From Malacoraja senta (taxonomy: Eukaryota): a stretch of 64,000 nt of DNA. The notes beneath the pieces are model-generated. The model was not told where the DNA came from and made no database searches. It saw only the letters and a list, made by a program, of their open reading frames with translations. The position numbers and the translations under genes are program-made. The stretch spans positions 7,442,001 to 7,506,000 of the forward strand of contig CM075997.1 in assembly GCA_038087875.1 (NCBI GenBank), read 5' to 3'. This document shows, one piece after another, positions 55,041 through 64,000 of the stretch (positions are counted from its first letter, which is position 1; every line of letters starts with the position of its first letter).

Positions 55041-55068
55041 CTGAAGAAGGGTCTCGATCCGAAACGTC
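55041..55068 (+). ncRNA. Minimal hammerhead ribozyme motif
   Basis: CTGAAGA A GGGTCTCGATCC GAAAC GTC. Confidence 0.6.
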
Positions 55069-55316
55069 ACCCATTCCTTCTCTCCAGAGATGCAGCCTGC
55101 CCGCTGAGTTACTCCAGCTTTTGTATCTATCTTCGGTTTAAGGCAGGATCCTGCAGTTCCTTTCGACACAGATGAGAGGTATCCATTTAAGACCTCACCC
55201 ACATCCTCTAACTCCACTCACGGATTTTCCCTATCATCCCAAATATTACTCTTTTCATCGTGCTCCTGATATACTTGTAGAATATCCTGTGTTTCTCCTC
55301 AATCTTAGCTGCCAAG

Positions 55317-55688
55317 TGTAGCTAGGCCAGACAGGTTGACAGAAAACGGGCAGTTTCAGTGCAACCGCGTTCTGCTGAGCGGACAGGGCGCCGAGGTTCT
55401 CGGCAGCGTTCATGTCGAGAAGAAATCCGAAAAACTTTCGTATCGACGGGGTCACCAATGTAGCGAGGTCCAGACAGGTTGAGCAAAGTGATTTTTATTC
55501 TTAATAAAAACGAAACAAAACTCGTGAAGTTCGCGTGTCTGACTGAACTAACAATAATGGCTCCAGTTACTAGGAGGTGCGCCAACACAAACTAAAAAAG
55601 CTCGCGAGCGAACCCCCGCGGTCACGTGACGGAACCGACTAATGATGAGGGTTCTGACCTCCCCACTCCACCACTAGATGCCGCTACA
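55317..55688. mobile_element. Solo LTR (Gypsy-like)
   Basis: TGTAGC...GCTACA termini; 4-bp TSD caag; AATAAA near 55503. Confidence 0.8.
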
Positions 55689-57563
55689 CAAGGATATTTC
55701 ATGGGGGCCATTTTCCCCTCCTGATTCCGTTCATATCTTCTATCCTGCTCCCTTCATATGCCTTTCATATCTTCCTTTCATATCTTCTCTCCTGCTCCCT
55801 TCAATGGACTCACTCAAATGCAGTTGCCTATGCCTGTCATATGCTTCGTTTTCTCTCCTGATCAAATTTCTAATAGCCTTTAAAACATTTAATTACAGCA
55901 CCTGGAACATGCTGCCAGGTGTGGTGATGGAGGTAGATATGAGAGTGGCATTTAAAATGGTTTTAAATAGGTACATAGATATATGCAGGTAGATTAAATT
56001 GTGTGTGGGAAGGAACTGCAGATGCTGCTTTAAACCGAAGATAGATCCCCTTCCCATTCCCACACTGACCTTTCAGTCCTGGGCCTCCTCCATTGTCAGA
56101 GTGAGGCCAAACGCAAATTGGAGGAACAGCATCTCAAATTTCGCTTGGGCAGCTTACAGCCCAGCGGTGTGAATATTAATTTATTTAACTTCAAGTAAAC
56201 CTTACATCCCTTCTCTCTCCATCCCTCCCTCACCCAAGTCGTACTAGCTTCAAAGTTGTCTTGTTGAGTCTCATTGTCTGTTTTTACCTAGTCCACAGCA
56301 AACAATGGCTCTCAATCTGAAGAAGGGTATCGACCCAAAACGGAACCTCCTCCTTTTCTCCAGAGGAACTGTTTTACCCGCTGAGTTACTCCAGCTTTCT
56401 GTGTCCATCTTTGATAGATGAAATTAGTTTAGCTTGGCATCATGTTCAGTGCAGGCATTGTGGGCCGAAGGGCCTGTTCCTATCTTGAACTTTTCTATGT
56501 TCTTTGTTGTATGTTCTATATCCTTTTCCAAGTTTCCCTGATCTTTACCTTTACCTTTCACCGTATTGGGAACCTGCTGGCCCTGAACTCACTTTTAAAG
56601 GACTACCACATATCAGGTATTATTTACTATCACCAGGTCCTGACTTCGCTCTTGAAATCATCATTCCCCCAATTTAGGCCCTTAACTTCATTATCCCTTT
56701 CCATAACTACCTTGAGATTAATAGAATCGTGGTTCTACTGTTCCTAATGTATTTCCCCACCGATATTTTCACTGCCTGCCTTAGTTTCATTTCCAAGCTA
56801 ACTATGAGTACAATCAAAGTACAATCTCTTTCCTAATAGGACTCTCTACATAGAGACTTAGAACCTTTAGAGTCATGTAGATAGTGCCACCAGGGAGAGA
56901 GCTGTATTCAACCCTATCTGAAGAAATCTTCTTCATCTTCGTGCGTATGGCGTGCACAGCCTAAAGTTGTACGACAACTTGTTCTGTTTGATCTTCTGTT
57001 TGTGCACGCCAGGTTGATTGCGTTCGTCGAAACAGGGTGGACCACGTGAAGGTTGCAATCTCCCACCCCATCTTAAGAAATAAAACTGTGCAAAGTGAGA
57101 AAGTATCAGTGGGGGAATAGGACATGGAAACATGGAACAGTATAGCATAAGAACAGGCACTTCGGCCCACAGTCTCGGTGCCGAACATAATGCCAAGACC
57201 GAAGATAGACACAAAATGTGGGATTAACTCAGCGGGACAGGCAACATGTTGTTTAAGAAGGAACTGCAATGAAATAGGCAATGTTTCGGGCCGAAACCCT
57301 TCTTCAGTCTGAAGAAGGGTTATGGCCTGAAACGTTGCCTATTTCCTTCGCTCCATAGATGCTGCTGCACCCGCTGAGTTTCTCCAGCATTTTTGTGTAC
57401 CTGGGACAGGCAACGTCTCTGGAGAGAAGGAATGAGTGACGTTTTGGGTCAAGACTCTTCTTCCTACACATGATGCCAAGCAAGACCAACTCTTATCTTT
57501 GAATACTTTGGGAATGGTGCAGTCACTGACTAGTCCTTTCAGTATTCCCCTACTGATACTACA

Positions 57564-58125
57564 CTTGTCGCTTTACCTCCCCCCTCGACTCCATTCAAGG
57601 ACCCAAGCAGTCATTCCAGGTGCGACAGAGGTTCACCTGCACCTCCTCCAACCTCATCTATTGCATCCGCTGCTCCAGATGTCAGCTGATCTACATCGGT
57701 GAGACCAAGCGTAGGCTTGACGATCGTTTCACCGAACACCTCCTCTCGGTCCGCATTAACCAACCTGATCTCCCGGTGGCTCAGCACTTCAACTGCCCCT
57801 CCCATTCCGAATCCGACCTTTCTGTCCTGGGCCTCCTCCATGGCCAGAGTGAGCACCACCGGAAATTGGAGGAGCAGCACCTCATATTCCACTTGGGCAG
57901 TTTGCACCCTAGCATCATAAACATTGACTTCTCCAATTTCCGGTATCGCTTGCTGCCTCCTCCCCTTCTAAGCTCTCCCTCAGCCCTCGGGCTCCTCCTC
58001 TTCCTTTCTCATTTCTTCTCCCCGCCCCCCCCCCCGCATCCTACATCAGTCTGAAACGTTGCCTATTTTCTTCGCTCCATAGATGCTGCTGCAGCCGCTG
58101 AGTTTCTCCAGCACTTTTGTTTACC
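57564..58125 (+). mobile_element. Penelope-like element, 5'-truncated, with GIY-YIG endonuclease
   Basis: FTCTSSNLIYCIRCSRC..IYIGETKRRL..RF.EH; 19-bp TSD ttcccctactgatactaca at 57545-57563 and 58126-58144. Confidence 0.9.
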
Positions 58126-58689
58126 TTCCCCTACTGATACTACATTTAGCCATTAAAAATAAATGCTACCCTACATAAGCCTCCTGCACTAAGGTAATTC
58201 TAGTAAATAGTAGCAAAGTTAAAATTCCCCACGATATTGCACATATGTCTTTCTGTGATTTGCTTACATATCTGTTCCTTCAATTCCTGCTGACTATTGT
58301 GAGACCTATGCAGCAACCCTCCTACATTGCATGATAGGACAACATACAAATGTTGTATATTGCCCTATCTTCTATCCATGTTCTATGTTCTATCCATAGA
58401 TGATCCCTTCAGAATATCCTGTCTATGTATTAACATCATGTTTTTACCTTATCAGTGCAACTCGCCAACCTCTTTATAATCCTGTCTGTCACGTCTGAAA
58501 CTGTTATGCGACAATAAGCTGCTGGACCATCTCTTGCAATAAAATCATAATTCTCTTTGCTGATTCATTTTCTAAGCTCGTCTGAGTTACCTCTGAGGCT
58601 CCTTCAATTAACGCAAATTCAATTATGTCTACCAGTCCTTCCATACTCCCGAATCTGCCTCTGTCTCTTCCTCTCACTGGAATTTAGTT

Positions 58690-58990
58690 TAGCTGTTTAG
58701 TTTAGAGATACAACCCGAAACAGGCCCACCGAGTCTGCTCCCACCAGCGATCCCCGCTCACTGACACTATCCTACACACTAGGGACAATGTACAATGTTA
58801 CCGCGCCAATTAGCCTACAAACCTGTACGTCTTTGTAGTGTGGGAGGAAACCGGAGCATCTGGGGAAACCCTACGCAGGTCACGGGGAGAACGTACAAAC
58901 TCTGTACAGACAGCACCTGTAGTCAGGATCGAACCCGGGTCTCTGGCGTTGTAAGGCAGCAACTCTACCGTTGGGACACTGTGGCACCAG
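58690..58990 (-). mobile_element. tRNA-derived HE1/V-SINE-like SINE (representative copy)
   Basis: A/B-box head (cggtagagttgctgcc...gggttcgatcc) and (CTAAA)n tail; other copies at about 705-840, 8558-8765, 28250-28545, 34388-34685, 37071-37290, 37485-37942, 44365-44665, 45985-46290(+), 50590-50905, 51258-51510(+), 59697-60005, 63848-63962. Confidence 0.8.
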
Positions 58991-60627
58991 AAATTGTTTG
59001 ATGTATGCTTGACATTTGAGTCAATCTCCCCACCTGCTACACCACTACTGTGCCCTCTCTCTCCTCGTCAAATTGGTTTAACTCCTCCATAGTGGCTCGA
59101 ACAAACCCCCCCCTCTGTGGGTACTGGGACCAGTTTCGGTGCAATTGGTCCAAATGAGCTCAGCATCTCTCCAGTGACGTGGAAGTCAGATACATACTGA
59201 CTTCCCACTCCGCCACTAGATGAGGGGACCGATCAGTTGCGCTGGATTGGACTGCTTTCATAGGTGAAGTGCACATTGGCCCAGCCACTTGAGTTTACAT
59301 CAGGCATGGTTGGCAAAGAAGTGGGAACATATTTATTTGAAGAAAGTCATCACCAATTCCTTTAAAAGGTAAGTTCAGGTAAGTTTCTTGATTATTTGGC
59401 ATGTTTTCTCTTTATATTTATTGCTAAAACCATATTTCAATTGTTCAATGCATTTCAATTAAGATGTTTTTGTAATTATTATTTTTAATTTTCTTAAATT
59501 ATGTAAATTCATTTAATCTGTTTTAAGTATCTCTGGATCTGGGTAGGCTGATGGTGAAGGACCTTGCCTCTGCCACCTGACAACAGGTTAGGACACAAAG
59601 TGCTGGAGTTACTCAGCGGGTCAGACAGTATCCATGGAGAATGTGGTTAGATGACATTTCAGGTCAGGACCCTCCAAAGAAAGGCCCCAACTCCATTAGT
59701 TTAGAGATACAGCGCAGAAACAGGCCTTCTGCCCAATGAGTCCATGCCGACCAGCAACCCACCCCCATACACTAGCCCTATCCTACACACTAGGGACAAT
59801 TTACAATTTTCTTTCATCCAAAGCCAATTAACCTACAAACCTGTAGGTCTTTGGAGTGTGGGAGGAAACCGGAGAACTTGGACAAAACCCACGTGGTCAC
59901 GGGGAGAACGTACAAACTCTGTACAGCCAGCACCCGTAGTCAGGCTCGAACCCGCGTCTCTGTCGCTGTGAGGCAGCGACTCTACCGTTGCGCCACCATG
60001 CCGTCCATGTTCTCCAGGGATGCTGTCTGACCCGCTAAGTTACTCCAACACTTTGTGTCCTTCTTTGTAAACCAGTGTCCTTGTTTTTACCGAAGGACAG
60101 ATTGGCCCACTCTGCCTCATGGAGAGGTCATGGGGAGATCATGGAGTGAGGTTGCCCAATGCAATCGACCGCACAGGGGTATGGGGATAAGGCAGGAGAA
60201 TGGGGTAGAGAGGGATAGATTGAATGGCGGAGTAGACTTGATGGGCCGAATGGCCTAATTCTGCTCTTATAACTTATGAACAATGAACCTATGAAGGGCT
60301 GTGTAAGCACAGCACAGCAGTGGAGAATGTGCAGGAATGAAGGGAAGCTATGGGCTTGATCAACACAAATGCACATGGTGGCTAATAAACCCAAGCTTTA
60401 TAGAAGGTGAAAAATATGTTCCATCATCAATTGGCGGATCTGTGTTTCAACACTGATATGATTAACATGACAATTTCAAAGTATTGACTTTGAGCCCATC
60501 CTGCAATTTCTCTTTAACGCTGTCAAGTAGCCAGCCAGCGAGAACTCGCCACCTCAAGTTAAGATAGGGAGTTCTTATTTCATTTGAGCATGGAGCTGAA
60601 TCTACTTTGTTTTTATCTGACCCTCAG

Positions 60628-60695
60628 ATGCAAAATTGCCAAATATCTACCATAGGGGAGTAAACGCGACCACCGACCTTCCTGTGCGTAGGTGA
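60628..60695 (+). CDS. CATSPERG: Candidate terminal coding exon of CATSPERG
   Basis: Good acceptor (ttttatctgaccctcag). A phase-1 join gives YAKLPNIYHRGVNATTDLPVRR-stop, followed by unique UTR-like sequence with ATTAAA near 61004. No recognised homology supports it. Confidence 0.45.
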
Positions 60696-62033
60696 GCAGC
60701 GTTGGTCTCCACAGTTTGATTCAAGCAGCAATCTGTCAACAAAAGCCAATAGTGAGCAAAACCGGAATCTTATTGGCATTCAAGAACGCCCATGCAAGCA
60801 AGTTGTTCCTTTGTACTTTGTGAGCATTCCTTCTTGCAGCGAATGTTCATATGATTGTTTTTGTGCAGTTTAATTATAATTCTGTCTTAATGATTTTGTT
60901 TTGCTCAACCCTTTATATCTAAAACTTCTCCCATAATGCTTTTCCCCAAATAGTCATCCTTTGTGATTTCTGTATTCCATCAATCCAAACGTTCCTTTTC
61001 TTCATTAAAGTTGCTTGTGTGAATATAATTCATATATTTTCCCTGCATTTGAAACATTTGTTTCTCTCTCTTGATGAACTGTGTCACACTGGGATGCACA
61101 CAGCTTTTCTTGCTCCATCCATGTTATTGTCCGGCATTGAAACTATTTCTAATGTGAGCTTGGGCACTGAATGCCAGTGATAATCTCAAGAGCCAAGAGT
61201 GTTTTATTGTCATATGTCCCAAAACAGAACAATGAAATTCTTACTTGCCGTTGGCCCCAGGTTGATATAGTTCGGAGCCAATTTGGATCGGAATGTAAAG
61301 GTCTTAGAGCTAATGGAAATATATTGGATTCATGTGTATGCTTTTTACCTGGAATCATTAAAAGATCACCTGTACACACCCAAAAAGATAGACACAAAAC
61401 GCTGGAGTAACAGGCAGTGTCTCTGGAGAGAAGGGATGGGTGACGTTTCGGTCCGAGATCCTTCTTCAGGCTGAGAGTCGGGGGAGAGGGGAACAAGAGA
61501 TATGAAAGGGTACAAAAACAAATGAACGAATGTTATTCAAAGAACACATCAAAACCAGCCAGTCAAGCAAAGATGGAGCCCACAATGGTCCATTGTTGGC
61601 TGTGGAGAAGATGATAATGAGCGGATACAAACAGTGAAACTCAGCAGGATGACGTACCCTATACCCCCAGACATTATGCAGCAATCCCAGTGTCGGGACT
61701 TTGCCTATCCCGACTCCTATCTGCCCCCTGCGGCCGGGGCTCTGGAACTCCCGCCCGGCCGGAGCCGGCAGATCCGTTCCCATTGCCGGTTCCGAGGACG
61801 ACTTTGCGGGCCGGTATCTCGGCCGCTCGGCGGCCTAGGCGGACCGTTCAGGTACCGTTGGACTCCTCTCGGAGGCCATGACCTCTGTTGATCCGGAAAA
61901 ACGGATAATCCAGCAAGGCTCTGGAACCAAGGGTGCCGGAAAATCGGTGGTGGACCTGAATCACATTACGAGGGGCATTGATAATGTGGACTTTGAGAAC
62001 TTATTTCCCAGAGTGGAACTGTCAAAGACTAAT

Positions 62034-62334
62034 AGCCCTGTCCCTCGGTACGAGTTCATTCCAAGAGCTCTCCCAAGTTAAAAAAAATCAAACTCGTGGT
62101 AAGCACGGAGAATGAACGTAGCGGGGACGTCGGAGCTCGGGGACATCTCTTAGCGGCTCGTAACGCTAACGGCAGGTAAGCTCGGGAAGACTTGTGAAGA
62201 TTTTTCAACATGTTGAAAAATGTCCACGAGAGCCCCGAGTACCGACGAGCGGCCATTACCGTAAATCTCCGAGTGCGAATCAGGGCAAACTCGGGAGAGC
62301 TCTTGGAATGAACTCGTACCATGGGACAGGGCTT
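62034..62334. mobile_element. PIF/Harbinger-like MITE
   Basis: TIR GCCCTGTCCC.CGGTACGAGTTCATTCCAAGAGCTCTCCC and its inverse. Confidence 0.8.
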
Positions 62335-62712
62335 TTAGTGTTGAGGTGAGATGAGCAAAGTTTAAAGGCGATGTGAGGGGCAAGATTTTTACGGAGTGGT
62401 GGGTGCCTGGAACGCGCTGCCAGGGGTGAAGGTGGAGGCAGATACGATAGTGGTGCTAAAGAGGCTTTTAGTTGGTCACATGAATATGCAGGGAATAGAG
62501 GGATGTGGATCACATGCAGGCAGAGGAGAGGAACTTGGCATCATGTTCGGCACGGGCATTGTGGTGAGACGGACATGTTCTATGTTCTATTTATGGGTTC
62601 AATGTTGTGAATGCTCTTCTCATTCCATCTTGAAGTCCGACACTGCTCAGAGTGAGTATATTTTAACAGTTCCCCCATTCCTGTTGCCCAAGGCCTTGTG
62701 ACTAACTGAGGT

Positions 62713-62740
62713 CTGAAGAAGGGTCTCGACCCGAAACGTC
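62713..62740 (+). ncRNA. Minimal type-I hammerhead ribozyme motif (best-preserved copy)
   Basis: CTGAAGA A GGGTC TC GACCC GAAAC GTC; flanks GGT and ACC can pair as a short helix I. Confidence 0.7.
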
Positions 62741-64000
62741 ACCCATTCACTCTCTCCAGAGATGCTGCCTGTCCTGCTGAGTTACTCCAGCTTTTTGTGC
62801 CTCTCCAGTTTAAACCAGCATCTGCAGTTCCCAGGAGGAGGAGAGTCGGGGGGTGCGGGGGTGGACGGGACTGGAGGTAGGAAAAGGCCAGAATAAATCA
62901 GTACCAGCAACAGATGACAAGGAAGGCAGGAGCCCACAATGGTTCATTGTTGGCTGGTGAAGAGGTAATAATAAATGGGGAAGAGGTATGAACAGTGGAA
63001 ACTAGTAGGCCGACTAGGGTGGGGGAGGGGAGGGGGAGAGAGGGAATGCAGGGGTTACTTGAAATTAGAGAAATCAACGTTCAGACCGCTGGGAGGAACA
63101 ATAGAGGACCCGCCCTGGGGGGACCGCCGAGAGGGAGGGGAGGGGGGTGGGAGAACAAAGGGGGACCTGGCGCAGGGGGAACTTTGTAACTTCATCGGCG
63201 CCCTTTATGTGGCGACTATTTGCATACCTTGGTGCAAGGAATTTCACTGTGGCTTGCCACGTGTAACTATAAAGTATCCATTCATTCATTCATACCTCAA
63301 AAAGGCAGCCAAAATCATCAAGGACCCACACCATCCTGGCCACACACTTATCTCACCACTGCCATCAGGAAGACGGTACAGGAGCCTGAAGACTGTAACG
63401 TCCAGGTTCAGGAACAGCTCCTTCCCCACAGCCATCAGGCTATTAAACACAATGAATAAGCTCTGAGCTCTGAACTACAAAAGACTATATTATAATTGTT
63501 ATTTGCACTATATTTGTTATTTATTGAATTTTTTATTTTTTTCCCCCATTATATACAATGTTTACATATTCACATATTCTGTTGTGCTGCAGCAAGTAAG
63601 AATTTCATTGACCCGTCCGGGACATATGACAATAAAACTCTCTTGACTCTTGACTCTTGACTCATTCATTCATTCATTATTTCATGGGTTGTAAGTGTTG
63701 ATTTCTCTCATGTCAAGTAACCCCTGCATTCCCTCTCTCCCCTGTCCTCTTAGCTCCAATGAAACGGATGCAGAACAGGTCTCCCAAGGCTGAGGGTGGC
63801 ACTGTACCCCAGTGGATGGAATGGGAAGGGTTTATCGGCTAATTTCGTTTAGTTCAGTTTACTTTAGAGATACAGCGCGGAAACAGGCCCTTTCGGCCCA
63901 CCGGGTCCGCGCCGACCAGCGATCCCCGCACACTAACACTATCCTAAACCCACTAGGGACAAATGTCATTAGATTATTTCAAATTACAAAACAGGAACAT

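Noticed and set aside
58900..58990. tRNA genes
   Set aside because: The A/B boxes are SINE heads followed by SINE body; no full cloverleaf

Overview
Repeat-dense eukaryotic DNA, most likely from a cartilaginous fish (inferred from the HE1/V-SINE-like, CR1, Rex1/Babar, RTE and Penelope-like repeats plus a CatSper gene). The + strand carries the 3' half of CATSPERG (sperm CatSper channel gamma subunit): 12 phase-consistent GT-AG exons from 3220 to about 53541, plus a candidate terminal exon at 60628. The introns hold a structurally complete but mutated DIRS1-type tyrosine-recombinase retrotransposon (20026-24821), CR1/Rex1/L1 fragments, three bipartite RTE-derived elements, Harbinger-type MITEs, a non-autonomous Helitron, solo LTRs, tRNA-derived SINEs and a 4.7-kb CA repeat with an internal duplication of about 2.25 kb. 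The most striking pattern is an abundant family of short Penelope-derived insertions. Many are fold-back and TSD-flanked, and they carry a minimal hammerhead-ribozyme core (CUGAAGA-A-stem-GAAAC-GUC), often on both strands. Gene and family names come from recalled sequence similarity; no database search was run.
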